NCBI GenBank assembly: GCA_051986135.1
Contig: JBPYDQ010000002.1
Span: forward strand, 1 to 63,758
Length of the DNA: 63,758 bases
Direction: 5' to 3'
DNA from: Terriglobales bacterium
GTDB taxonomy: Bacteria > Acidobacteriota > Terriglobia > Terriglobales > Acidobacteriaceae
Below are positions 9,767 to 19,306 of the stretch, in pieces; the first letter of the stretch is position 1, and the number at the start of each line of letters is the position of its first letter. A model generated the notes under the pieces. The model was not told the DNA's origin. It did no database searches and saw only the letters and a list, made by a program, of their open reading frames with translations. A program made the translations under genes and the position numbers.

Positions 9767-12112
9767 CTACTGGCCGTCGCTCTTGGCCAATCGAGACGCT
9801 ACTCTCACACCACTCAAACCGCTTACGTACTTGGCGATACCTTTGTAGAGAGATTCCGCAATACTCTGGCGGTACTCGGAGGTATCCAGCTCGCGCTCGT
9901 CAGTCGGGTTACTGACAAAGGATATCTCGGCTAGGATGGAGGGCATATTGGCGCCGATAAGAACCACAAATGGCGCTTTCTTCACCCCGCGATCGCGGAT
10001 TCCAGGATTCTTAAGGGCAAGGCCGCCATGCAGAGAACGTTGAACATCGGTGGCGAACTCGCGCGACTCTTCGATCTTCTCTTTCAGGGCGATCTTCTTC
10101 ACCAGATCCTGCAGTTCATGGATAGATTTGTCGGAGGCGGCATTCTCCCGAGCCGCGACCTCCAGTGCCGCTGCATTTGAGGTGAAGTTGAGGTAGTAGG
10201 TCTCGACGCCACGTGCATCTTCGTCGCGGCTGGAGTTGGCATGAATGGAGACGAACAGGTCGGCCTGCTCCTGGTTGGCAATTGCGGTCCGGGTTTCTAG
10301 GGGAACGAAGGTATCGTTCTCGCGGGTGAAGATGACGTCTGCAGCCAAGCGGGTCTCGAGGAGTTTGCCCAGTCTTTTTGCAACATCTAGAACCACGTCT
10401 TTTTCTTCGAGCCCATTCGGGCCGATGGTGCCGGTATCATGTCCGCCGTGCCCAGGATCGATCACAATCCGTCCGATTTTCAGGCCCAAGGCCCGAGTTA
10501 AGGAACGATCGCCAGCCCTGGTGGGCTGAGCTTCGCGCACATCCAGATCCGCGACCTGCTTGGACCCGCGTTTGGTCTCATAACGGTCAGTCTTCGGGAA
10601 GGAGGGTGCTGATGGAGGACTCGCCTCGTCGGGCTTCATTTCTAGCGGATTGAGGGTGGCGACCTCATCGTCGTTCCCATCAGCGGACCGGCGCTTTCTT
10701 TGGGGTAATGGGTTCGAAGCTGCTGAGTCAGCACCTCGGATACGCTTTTTCGCAGTTAAAGACCCGCTCCTCCCTCGCGTTGATTGGGCTGGCTTTGTGG
10801 TTTCTGCCCGATCGTCGTCATCATCATCATCGGCTTCCACAATCCTGGTCCGGATCGGTTTCGTCTCTTGCGCTACGAGAGGGAGCCTGGGTTCCGTACT
10901 CGCCTGCAAGACCGGGGGGTTTTTCGCAGGCGGGGCCTCGGTGCTTGTTGTCCGGGCCCCCTGTAAAGGCATGCGAGCATGTGGCGCGCTTCGGTCCTGC
11001 CCGGAGCCGGCGACATCGGTTTGCTCCGGGTCACCGGAGGGCTGCACTTTCTTTTTCCCATGAATCTCAATGATCAGCCGATTCGGATTGGGGAGTAGAT
11101 ACGCCCTAAATTCAGACTGAGGAGCTACTTCTAAAACCACTCGGCTTCGCCCTCGCTCAAACTGTGCCACCCGGATCTTCTTCAGGAGTCCGCCCTCGAC
11201 GTCGAAGGTCTTGCCAGCCAGGCCGGCGGCCAGTCGTGTGTCACGCAAATCGAAGTAAATGCGGCTGGGTTTTTCGAGGCGCTCGGAGACGAACTGTATC
11301 TCCTGTTCCAGGTCAATCGCCACGCGTGCAGCATCGGATGAGGTCCAGTGGAGGATTCCGGTCACGCGCGTATATTTTCCCGTGTTCGCCCGAGCGACCT
11401 CATCATCGCTCCCATCAGTGTTGTTGACCAAGCTAGCGGAAGGGCTCTTTAAATCTGCTGGTATCCTATTCCCCTGTTCGTGTGCGTTTTGATCCAGCTC
11501 GGTAAGCGCATCCTCGGCGTCGTCGGTTAATCTGCTGTTGGGATAGCTTCCGAGGAATTCCTGAAAAGCCATGCGAGCTTGACCGGGCTCGTCCAGGTCG
11601 TCTTTATAGATCTCACCAATGGTGAACAGCGCTCGTGAGCGGGATTTGCTACCGGGATATTCCCGGCGGAGAAACTGGAACTGCTTGATCGCCGAGCGCA
11701 CGATGCTATCGTCGTCGAACTGGCGGCCCATTTGGAGCAGAAGTTCCGCAGTGGCAAGGACGCTGGGATCGGCCTTGGCACAGGTAGGGCATCCCAGATA
11801 GACCCGACGGTAAGCATCTATGACGCGTTGATAGTCGTGACGTGTGCGGTCGCTCTCAGGACGTCGAGTGAGTGCCAGGCGCAGGTACTCGGCAGCCGAG
11901 AATTTGTCGCGTCCCCAAGATTGGTTGTGCAGGGCAGATGCGGTCGACGAACATAAAGTGAGCAGCAGGGCGAGCGCCCCGATGTAATCAACCGATCGCC
12001 TGGGAGTCGAGTGCTCCACTGTCCCTAACCTGTGAACCTCGTTTGCCTGTGTCGCCCCTAAGCGGGGCTTTCCCCGTTTTGCTTCCACTCGGGCTCCCGT
12101 CCTGAGCCACAT
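9767..12112 (-). CDS. N-acetylmuramoyl-L-alanine amidase (TPR/YbgF-like N-domain, AMIN domain, acidic linker, Amidase_3)
   Basis: C-terminal IVIDPGHGGHDTGTIG...VSIHANSS...ETYYLN Amidase_3 motifs. An AMIN-like beta domain sits mid-protein and a DDDDDDD low-complexity linker is present. A GTG at 12019 would give a clean signal peptide (MEHSTPRRSVDYIGALALLLTLCSSTASA) and remove the overlap with the upstream gene. Confidence 0.85.
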   Translation of the reverse strand: MWLRTGARVEAKRGKPRLGATQANEVHRLGTVEHSTPRRSVDYIGALALLLTLCSSTASALHNQSWGRDKFSAAEYLRLALTRRPESDRTRHDYQRVIDAYRRVYLGCPTCAKADPSVLATAELLLQMGRQFDDDSIVRSAIKQFQFLRREYPGSKSRSRALFTIGEIYKDDLDEPGQARMAFQEFLGSYPNSRLTDDAEDALTELDQNAHEQGNRIPADLKSPSASLVNNTDGSDDEVARANTGKYTRVTGILHWTSSDAARVAIDLEQEIQFVSERLEKPSRIYFDLRDTRLAAGLAGKTFDVEGGLLKKIRVAQFERGRSRVVLEVAPQSEFRAYLLPNPNRLIIEIHGKKKVQPSGDPEQTDVAGSGQDRSAPHARMPLQGARTTSTEAPPAKNPPVLQASTEPRLPLVAQETKPIRTRIVEADDDDDDDRAETTKPAQSTRGRSGSLTAKKRIRGADSAASNPLPQRKRRSADGNDDEVATLNPLEMKPDEASPPSAPSFPKTDRYETKRGSKQVADLDVREAQPTRAGDRSLTRALGLKIGRIVIDPGHGGHDTGTIGPNGLEEKDVVLDVAKRLGKLLETRLAADVIFTRENDTFVPLETRTAIANQEQADLFVSIHANSSRDEDARGVETYYLNFTSNAAALEVAARENAASDKSIHELQDLVKKIALKEKIEESREFATDVQRSLHGGLALKNPGIRDRGVKKAPFVVLIGANMPSILAEISFVSNPTDERELDTSEYRQSIAESLYKGIAKYVSGLSGVRVASRLAKSDGQ

Positions 12113-12873
12113 TGTTCCGCCCCGGCCATCGAGGTCGAACCACTTTGGCGCCTGCCAGGGAACAACGGCCGATGACTATCAGTATTGCTGAGGTAAAGCA
12201 ATTCCCTTTCACCGCGCCGTACAGGAACCGGTCGACGCGACGCACCGGTGAAGTGCAAGTCTGATGACGATCCGCGGTTATATAAAGCCGTGATCCGGCG
12301 TACGTAGCCACCGGTTTTAGCGATCCTGGGAATACCCGAGCTGCTTGCCACTGCGCTTTCCGCGGCATTATAGGCAGTCAAAGTAAGGCTCACATTTACC
12401 CGATAGTTCTCGAGCAAGGACTTCAGGTGACAGACTCCCGCATCCACTTTCTGTTCCCGACCGAATGGATTGGTGACCTTCAACTGGCGTGCCGCGCTGG
12501 GCATCCATTGCATAAGCCACATAGCGCCCCTGCGAGAGACGGCGCTGGGGTTGAAGTTGGATTCTACGAAGTTGGATTCTACCTTGATTGCGGCGCGCAC
12601 CAAGTTGGCATTGCGGTTAACTTCTGCTGCTGCCGACCACGCGGCCTCGATGACCGCACCCGTCACAGGCTTGTAGCGGTGTTGGGTCGAGCTCCAATGT
12701 ACGAGTCCCTGCCGGGAAACGGCCCCGGCCGGGCGCCGCACCCGAGATTCGTTGACTCGCCGACCGCTGTTGTCAATGAGGGCTATCAGCGGTTGCGAAC
12801 CGAAGCGGTCGTCCGCTGCCCGCGGCGGCTGCAGCGTGAGAGAAAGGAAGGTCGCGATTACGGGATTCGCCAT
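12058..12873 (-). CDS. Lytic transglycosylase (SLT domain)
   Basis: IKVESNF(VESNF)NPSAVSRRGAMWLMQWMP...AYNAAESAV matches the SLT ES...GLMQ...AYNAG signature. An N-terminal signal-like segment is present. Confidence 0.8.
   Translation of the reverse strand: MANPVIATFLSLTLQPPRAADDRFGSQPLIALIDNSGRRVNESRVRRPAGAVSRQGLVHWSSTQHRYKPVTGAVIEAAWSAAAEVNRNANLVRAAIKVESNFVESNFNPSAVSRRGAMWLMQWMPSAARQLKVTNPFGREQKVDAGVCHLKSLLENYRVNVSLTLTAYNAAESAVASSSGIPRIAKTGGYVRRITALYNRGSSSDLHFTGASRRPVPVRRGERELLYLSNTDSHRPLFPGRRQSGSTSMAGAEQCGSGREPEWKQNGESPA
12553..12582 (-). repeat. Perfect 2 x 15-bp in-frame tandem duplication inside the SLT active-site motif
   Basis: gaagttggattctac occurs twice back to back (12553-12567 and 12568-12582), encoding VESNF-VESNF on the minus strand. 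Confidence 0.95.
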
Positions 12874-13238
12874 CAGGGCCAGGTGCAGGCGCTTTCACAT
12901 GACCGGGTTTCAGTTCCTTTCGAAGGGCAAACTACACCTCCGCTGCTGCGTACCCGGAACCTGACGGAGATTCAAACCAGAGCGCTCTAATTATAGGTCG
13001 AAGACTGAAATAGCAGCAATCTAACGAACGGCCGTCGAACCACCGTAGTAATTCTTGGTAAGTAACAGAGCACAAGTAACTTGGGTCACGTTCTCAGGAG
13101 ACGATCGTAACGCGGGTTGTATGGGCTTTGCGTCTTTTGTGGGAATGCTTGCTTTCGCGGCAGACGGCATCGAGGAGAAGAGGCTGATGGCCGGATGCTA
13201 CGATTCGTATGCCTACTGCTGGCGCAAGCCTCTTCTAT

Positions 13239-15677
13239 ATGCCCGAATATTGTGAAGTCGCGGTCGCGGTGCCGCTTGATGCGACGTTTACCTATCGGCT
13301 TTCAGGTGGCCTGCTACCCGTTGTCGGTGGCCGGGTCCTGGTGCCGTTTCGCCAGCAACGCATGCTAGGGATAGTCACAGATCTGCACGATCGCGCACCG
13401 AAGGTTAAAACCAAGGACATCATCTCGATCTTTGACTCCTCTCCCGTGCTGGACGACGAGCTTATGCGTTTGGGAAGGTGGATCTCCGACTATTACCTGG
13501 CCCCGGTCGGCGAGGTCTACCGCACCATGTTGCCGCTGACCGCAGAATTCAAGAACGTTGTTTTCTACCGGATTATGCAAGAGGGTCAGATGGCTCTGCA
13601 TGTGGCCGGCGTGTCCGGATCGTCAAGCCGATCGCGAAGAACGCCACAAGAGCAACTGGTGGAGTTCCGAGTTCTGGATTACTTAAGCGCGCGGCAAGAG
13701 GCCCGCGAGCCTGGCCTGCGGACTCGAACCGGCGCCAGCAAGCGAGTTCTGGCCGGGATGGTGCGGAAGAAATGGATTGTACGAGAAGACCGGTCGGCCA
13801 CGCGTGATTCGTCCCGAATCGTAAGAATCGCAGTGCTGCGGGCAGGGGTCGATGATAGTAGGAAGCTCAATGAGAATCAGCGCGCGCTGGTGGAGACACT
13901 GGCTGCGGCAGGCGGACAGATAGCAATCGATTTCCTTCGACAACTCCAGGTACCGCCGAGGAGCCTCGACAGCCTGGTTCGCAGGGGTCTGGTGGAGATA
14001 CTCGAGAAGCCCGCGAGCTTCGCGATGTCCGCGGTTCGGCCACGTCGGCAGGAATTCCAGTTCAACGCGGCTCAGCAAGCAGCGCTCGAGAAAATTCAGG
14101 AAACCATTAACGCCCGCACATTCGGCGTGGTACTGCTGCATGGGGTCACCGGGTCGGGGAAAACCGCAGTTTATCTGGCGGCGATGCAATCCGTCCTGGA
14201 GGCGGACCGGTCAGCGATTTTGCTGGTTCCCGAGATCGGGCTTACGCCCGCTGTCGCCGCCGACTTGCACCAGAGTTTCGGCAGGGAAGTTGCCATTCTG
14301 CATTCGTCCCTCTCGGATGCGGAACGAGCCGAGCAGTGGCACCGCATCCGCCGCGGAGAAGCGAGAATCGTGGTCGGCACACGCTCGGCTGTTTTCGCTC
14401 CGGTCTCGGAACTGGCGCTTATCGTGGTTGACGAGGAACACGATGCCTCCTACAAGCAGGAAGAAACGCCCAGATACCATGCCCGGGATGTAGCCGTGCT
14501 TCGGGCCAAGATGGCCAATGCAGCCGTGGTGCTGGGGTCAGCCACGCCTTCGCTCGAGACTTATTTTAATGCGATCAAGAATAAGTATGCCCTGATCGAA
14601 TTGCCCGACCGCGTGGAGCGGCGACCGCTGCCCGAGGTCGAAGTAGTTGACATGCGCCAGGAATTCCAGGAGACCGGTCGTGAGCAGGTAATCTCACGCC
14701 GGCTGGCAGGCGAAATCAGAGAGCGTCTTGACCGTGGTGAACAGGCGATGATCTTGCTGAACCGGCGCGGCTATTCGCCAGTCGTGCTCTGCCGAACCTG
14801 TGGCAAGCGGCTGGAGTGCAAGAACTGCGCCATTGCGCTGACCCATCACAAACAGGCGCACAAAATGCAGTGCCACTACTGCGGTTTCGTGGCGCCGGTG
14901 CCGCGGCGCTGTATTCATTGCCGTAGCGAGTACGTGAATTTCATCGGTACTGGATCGGAAAAGCTGGAAGAGCTGCTGCACGGAATGTTTCCGCAGGCGC
15001 GCATTGGGCGGCTCGATAGGGATACGGTGCGCGGACGGGAGGACTTCGAACGCGTACTTAGCGCGCTCGATGAAGGCCAGATCGACATATTGGTCGGCAC
15101 GCAGATGATCGCCAAAGGGCACGACATTCACGGGATCACGCTGGTCGGGGTGGTAGGCGCCGACATGGCGCTAGGCATGCCGGATTTCCGCGCGTCCGAG
15201 AGAACGTTTCAGTTGCTGACGCAAGTGGCCGGCCGCGCGGGTCGCGGTCAAACACCGGGCAAAGTCATTTTGCAGACATATTTTCCCGATCACTATGCGG
15301 TTCGCTACGCCGCGCAGCACGATTTTCGCGGCTTCTACGACAAGGAACTGCGTTTCCGCAGTTGGATGCATTATCCGCCTTATAGCTCACTGGCGAACAT
15401 TTTGGTGCACAGCGATAAGTTGGACGAAGCATTGCGCTGGTCAGGCGTGCTGGGAAAGTGGTTCGAAGCCACAGAGCACCAGGGAATCCACGTTCTTGGG
15501 CCGGCGCCTGCGCCTATCCTACGCTTGAAACGAGACTATCGTTATCATTTCGTTCTCAAGTCGACCAGCCGCGGGAAGTTGAACGCGCTGTTGCGGAAAA
15601 TGCTGGCTTACGCCGCCAGCGAGAAGATTCCCCGGACTCAGGTGGTCGTCGATGTGGATGCGCTCTGGTTGATGTGA
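13239..15677 (+). CDS. priA: Primosomal replication-restart helicase PriA
   Basis: N-terminus MPEYCEVAVAVPLDATFTY, Walker A LLHGVTGSGKT, DEEH box and the Cys-rich zinc region CRTCGKRLECKNC...CHYCG. The ORF opens at 13209. Confidence 0.92.
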   Translation: MPEYCEVAVAVPLDATFTYRLSGGLLPVVGGRVLVPFRQQRMLGIVTDLHDRAPKVKTKDIISIFDSSPVLDDELMRLGRWISDYYLAPVGEVYRTMLPLTAEFKNVVFYRIMQEGQMALHVAGVSGSSSRSRRTPQEQLVEFRVLDYLSARQEAREPGLRTRTGASKRVLAGMVRKKWIVREDRSATRDSSRIVRIAVLRAGVDDSRKLNENQRALVETLAAAGGQIAIDFLRQLQVPPRSLDSLVRRGLVEILEKPASFAMSAVRPRRQEFQFNAAQQAALEKIQETINARTFGVVLLHGVTGSGKTAVYLAAMQSVLEADRSAILLVPEIGLTPAVAADLHQSFGREVAILHSSLSDAERAEQWHRIRRGEARIVVGTRSAVFAPVSELALIVVDEEHDASYKQEETPRYHARDVAVLRAKMANAAVVLGSATPSLETYFNAIKNKYALIELPDRVERRPLPEVEVVDMRQEFQETGREQVISRRLAGEIRERLDRGEQAMILLNRRGYSPVVLCRTCGKRLECKNCAIALTHHKQAHKMQCHYCGFVAPVPRRCIHCRSEYVNFIGTGSEKLEELLHGMFPQARIGRLDRDTVRGREDFERVLSALDEGQIDILVGTQMIAKGHDIHGITLVGVVGADMALGMPDFRASERTFQLLTQVAGRAGRGQTPGKVILQTYFPDHYAVRYAAQHDFRGFYDKELRFRSWMHYPPYSSLANILVHSDKLDEALRWSGVLGKWFEATEHQGIHVLGPAPAPILRLKRDYRYHFVLKSTSRGKLNALLRKMLAYAASEKIPRTQVVVDVDALWLM

Positions 15678-15783
15678 GCGAGCAGCGCTTGGCAATTCAC
15701 CAATTGGCAGTTGATCCCCGATCTGGCTGCCCGTCGGAGAGTGGCGAGGGCCCGGCGACTTTGTGCCAAGAGCCGCTGCGATC

Positions 15784-16782
15784 CTACTTTCCGCTCCACA
15801 ACTCATGAAACACGTCGCGCAGGGAAGTGTTGGTGAATGGGGTTGGAGTGAACGTAAGCAGGAGCGTGACGATCGCGAAAGCCGCCAGCCAGCGCCGCCC
15901 TCCGGTGATGCTCGGCCGTTCAGGGACCACCGGATGGCGCATGCCGCTGACCGCCAATAACACCGCCCACAGCAGCCACCCCATCCAGCCATAGGCTCCG
16001 AGCGGAATCAGAATCAAGATCGTCAGCCTGGAGACAATGCGATGCAGACGCGGAGAGACGGAAAAAACGATGTGACCACCGTCCAGTTGTCCGCCGGGCA
16101 GGAGATTAAGCGCGGTCGCGAACATTCCGACCCAGGCGGCAATGGCGACCGGGCTCAGATTCATTTTGGCCAGCGGGACCGAGGAGTCGAACAACTGGTG
16201 CGCCACGCGGAATATCAGCGGGTATCCTAGCTGGAGGTCGGGAGCAAACCCGAAGCCGGTTAATGGCTTCGACAAAAACAGTCCGACGATCAAAGCCACG
16301 ACCGCGAACGCCAGTCCGGCAATAGGGCCGGCGATGCCAATGTCAAACAACGCTGCGCGTGAACGAATGGGACTTTTGATGCGGATGAATGCCCCCATCG
16401 TGCCAAACAGGCTGGGAAAGGGAACGAAGAACGGCAACGTTGCGTTGACGCCGTAGTAGCGACAACAGAGATAGTGCCCCATCTCATGCGCGAACAGAAT
16501 AAGCATGAGCGTGAACGAGAACGGAATTCCGAGAACCAGCCGGGTGGGATGGCGCAGCGCCCAGGGGAATACTGACAGAAAATTATCGTCCAGAGAAAGC
16601 GCGGGAAGATTCTTCTGAAAATTCAACTGCATGCGCGCGCCGACGATCAAGGTTGTGAGTACGGTGAGGCAAAAGAAGGCCACATACAGCCAGGTTCGCC
16701 GCCGAGCGGGAGAGACAACGTAAAGCGGGACCGCCTGATAATAATCGGCGGTGGAAGAATTTGGGGAAGCAGGCTTCGACAT
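15784..16782 (-). CDS. Site-2 protease family (M50) membrane metalloprotease
   Basis: HEMGHYL HExxH motif within a polytopic membrane protein. Confidence 0.82.
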   Translation of the reverse strand: MSKPASPNSSTADYYQAVPLYVVSPARRRTWLYVAFFCLTVLTTLIVGARMQLNFQKNLPALSLDDNFLSVFPWALRHPTRLVLGIPFSFTLMLILFAHEMGHYLCCRYYGVNATLPFFVPFPSLFGTMGAFIRIKSPIRSRAALFDIGIAGPIAGLAFAVVALIVGLFLSKPLTGFGFAPDLQLGYPLIFRVAHQLFDSSVPLAKMNLSPVAIAAWVGMFATALNLLPGGQLDGGHIVFSVSPRLHRIVSRLTILILIPLGAYGWMGWLLWAVLLAVSGMRHPVVPERPSITGGRRWLAAFAIVTLLLTFTPTPFTNTSLRDVFHELWSGK

Positions 16783-16860
16783 TCTGGAGGGCCTTACTGC
16801 ACACGATCTGACTGCGGTTCAGACACGCAGCACTCGGGGCAGGGTACCGGCCCGCGAGCA

Positions 16861-17130
16861 TTAATCGATCGACTGCAACTCCTTACCGGGCTTGAAGCGA
16901 ACGGCCTTTCCAGGTGGAATCGAAACCTCCGCCCCGGTGCGCGGATTGCGTCCAATCCCAGTCTTACGCGGCCGTACGTTAAACACTCCAAAACCACGCA
17001 ATTCGATCCGGTCACCCTTGGATAGTGCTTTCTTCATGCTCTCAAAGACCGTTTCGACAGCCATTTCGGCCTTAGTCTTGGTGATGCCGGTCTTCGTCAC
17101 TACTTCGTTGATAATATCCAGCTTAATCAC
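16861..17130 (-). CDS. HU/IHF-family DNA-binding protein (IHF-like)
   Basis: 89 aa with GDRIELRGFGVFNVRPRKTGIGRNPRTGAEVSIP, the DNA-binding arm signature. GTG start. Confidence 0.85.
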   Translation of the reverse strand: MIKLDIINEVVTKTGITKTKAEMAVETVFESMKKALSKGDRIELRGFGVFNVRPRKTGIGRNPRTGAEVSIPPGKAVRFKPGKELQSID

Positions 17131-17174
17131 GCGCGGCTCCAGATTACCAGGAGATGGACGGCATCAAGTCATTG

Positions 17175-17203
17175 ATGCTAAGGGAGATATAAGAGATTGT
17201 CAA
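17175..17203 (-). promoter_or_regulatory. Putative sigma70-type promoter of the IHF-like gene
   Basis: On the minus strand, TTGACA-N17-TAGCAT lies about 45 nt upstream of the GTG start. Confidence 0.4.
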
Positions 17204-17404
17204 TGACCGCCCAGAGTCACGCTTGCGTCGCCAGCAAGCTGCGAACTGAACCCCGGCCACCGATTGCTCGGAAAACCATTCTGGCCGATCCCCTTCCAAG
17301 ACCCCAGGCTCGAAGGCGCGATTCAGGTCGGAGTCGGTTCAAGAAATCCGGGATTCGATGAGAGAGTTGCCACTGCCTGAAAAGCCAAGACCCAGGAGGG
17401 CGGA

Positions 17405-17809
17405 CTATTTCTCGTTCTCCCCTTCCTTGTACATGTATTTGATGGAAGGTTTATAGATCACGAGGTTAGGGGCACCGTTGCGATTCATCTTGATGCAGTT
17501 CCGGTCGTACCATTCGATGACGCCATGGACCTGCTCGCCATCGCGTAGAACGACCACCATCGCGGTTTTCCCCTGCATCTGTTTTTGATAATAAAAATTC
17601 TCGGCATTCGTGCTTTCCGGGGGCGGAATCTTCTTTCCCCCCGGCGCGCGGTCCGAGCGCTCGTTGCGGTCACGGCGTTCCATGGGAGCTGGTGCGTGGT
17701 TATGGTTGTGCTCGGGGCGGCTAAGCGAAGGCCGAATCAGACGGCGATTGGAAAAAGAGTCCTGTTCAGCAGAACGCTCCACCGACATCGGTTGCACGGA
17801 ATCTTTCAT
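17405..17809 (-). CDS. Hfq-like Sm-fold RNA-binding protein with about 70-aa basic/disordered N-terminal extension
   Basis: The C-terminal 60 aa fit Sm1 (VVVVLRDGEQVHGVIEWYDRNCIKM) and Sm2-like (LVIYKPSIKYMY) patterns. The N-terminus is rich in R, P, E, N and H. Confidence 0.5.
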   Translation of the reverse strand: MKDSVQPMSVERSAEQDSFSNRRLIRPSLSRPEHNHNHAPAPMERRDRNERSDRAPGGKKIPPPESTNAENFYYQKQMQGKTAMVVVLRDGEQVHGVIEWYDRNCIKMNRNGAPNLVIYKPSIKYMYKEGENEK

Positions 17810-18161
17810 GATTACACCAGCCCTACGCGGATTGCCACAAGACCGAGTTCATGGGTTTGTGGGTAATCAGAGGTGACTTGAAGCTACCGTATCATAGGAA
17901 ACGAGCGGTGACAATCCTGAAGAAGCGATTGGCACTAAGCATTTCCCACTAACCAATTTGCCCCCGAGCAGAATTACCCCACCCGACTCCTGTTCTTGTC
18001 GTGCCTCGGAATCTAGGGCCAGCCATGAGCACGGACCTCGAGAGCAGCTTGATCTAATCTGTGACCACCGCTACCAATTTCCTAGCATCCGAGACTGCCT
18101 CTGAACAGCCATCCATTCCATCGGCTTCGCCCTATGGCGCTGCGGACGCCAGAGCCGGCTG

Positions 18162-19259
18162 CTAAGTGCCACCTTCCAATGCCGTCGTAAACGCGTCCAG
18201 CGACAAAGACCGGAGCAGATTGCGGCGCATCCCGCGTTCTACTTCGGCCAGCCTAGCGGCTGCGGCCGAGATCCATTCGAAATCCGCGGTGTCTGAAATT
18301 TTCCGCAGCCCATCCTCGATGTCCGTATTGCGTACCAGTTCCGGAGTGCCGGATTTCAAGAACATTAAATCCTCGAGCAGGGAATAGATGGTGCGGACGA
18401 GTTGGTCAATTTTTTCGCGGCCTTCCGCCCCCGCGCGGAAGGTGTCCGTGATCTTGAACAATTCGCTGTGATCGGTCCCACGCATGGCTGTGTTAAGCAA
18501 AATGAGCGCCTGCTGGCGAGCTGCGACGTAACTCTCTAAGTCGAAGGTGAGGGCGCGCCCGACGGCGCCTCCCGAGAGCTGTGCCACCAGAGAACGCTGT
18601 TGCGCGTTCCAATCCGTCCGTTGTCTGGCCAGATACTGCTCGATTTGCTTGGGCGTCAGAGCAGCCAGCGTGAAAGTCATAGACCGCGAGCGGATCGTCG
18701 GCAGCAGTTGGCCAGGATTTTCGCTAAGCAGGAAGATGGTTGCAAACTCCGGTGGTTCTTCCAGTACTTTCAGCAGAGAGTTGGCTGCCTCTTTTACAAA
18801 AACCGAGTTGGTGAACACATAGACACGCTCCTTTGCCTCGCTCGGCCGGAGGTAAATGCTGCCGATTACATGCCGCACCTGGTCCACTTTGATCATCATT
18901 TGTGGAGGATCGGGTGGAATGACCAGCAGGTCGGGGTGGGTCTGGATCAGAATGCGCGTTTCCTTCCTGTCCACTTCTCGCAGATTTTCCCGAGCCTCGA
19001 CCGCCTCTTGGAAGAGCGCGTCGAAATCCTCGGCTTGCGCCATGCGCGCGCAATTCGAACACTGTCCGCAGAAGTCAGGCAGACCGCCGGGGGGCGGGTT
19101 ATGGCAATTCATCGCGCGCGCCAACATTAGCGCGAGCGTGTACTTGCCAGATCCGCCAGCCCCCACCAGAATTGCCGCCTGTGGCAACCGGCGCCGGCCC
19201 AGCATCTCCCGCAGCCGATCAACGGTTTCCCGGTTCCCGTAAAAGTCAGAAAAGGGCAT
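18162..19259 (-). CDS. holB: DNA polymerase III subunit delta prime
   Basis: ILVGAGGSGKYTLALMLARAMNC Walker-A-like segment, a C..C..C zinc module and the SRS motif (TIRSRS). Confidence 0.85.
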   Translation of the reverse strand: MPFSDFYGNRETVDRLREMLGRRRLPQAAILVGAGGSGKYTLALMLARAMNCHNPPPGGLPDFCGQCSNCARMAQAEDFDALFQEAVEARENLREVDRKETRILIQTHPDLLVIPPDPPQMMIKVDQVRHVIGSIYLRPSEAKERVYVFTNSVFVKEAANSLLKVLEEPPEFATIFLLSENPGQLLPTIRSRSMTFTLAALTPKQIEQYLARQRTDWNAQQRSLVAQLSGGAVGRALTFDLESYVAARQQALILLNTAMRGTDHSELFKITDTFRAGAEGREKIDQLVRTIYSLLEDLMFLKSGTPELVRNTDIEDGLRKISDTADFEWISAAAARLAEVERGMRRNLLRSLSLDAFTTALEGGT

Positions 19260-19306
19260 AAAAAGTGCTTAGCATTGGTCACTCAGCCAGTGCGCTCGTG
19301 GAACCT

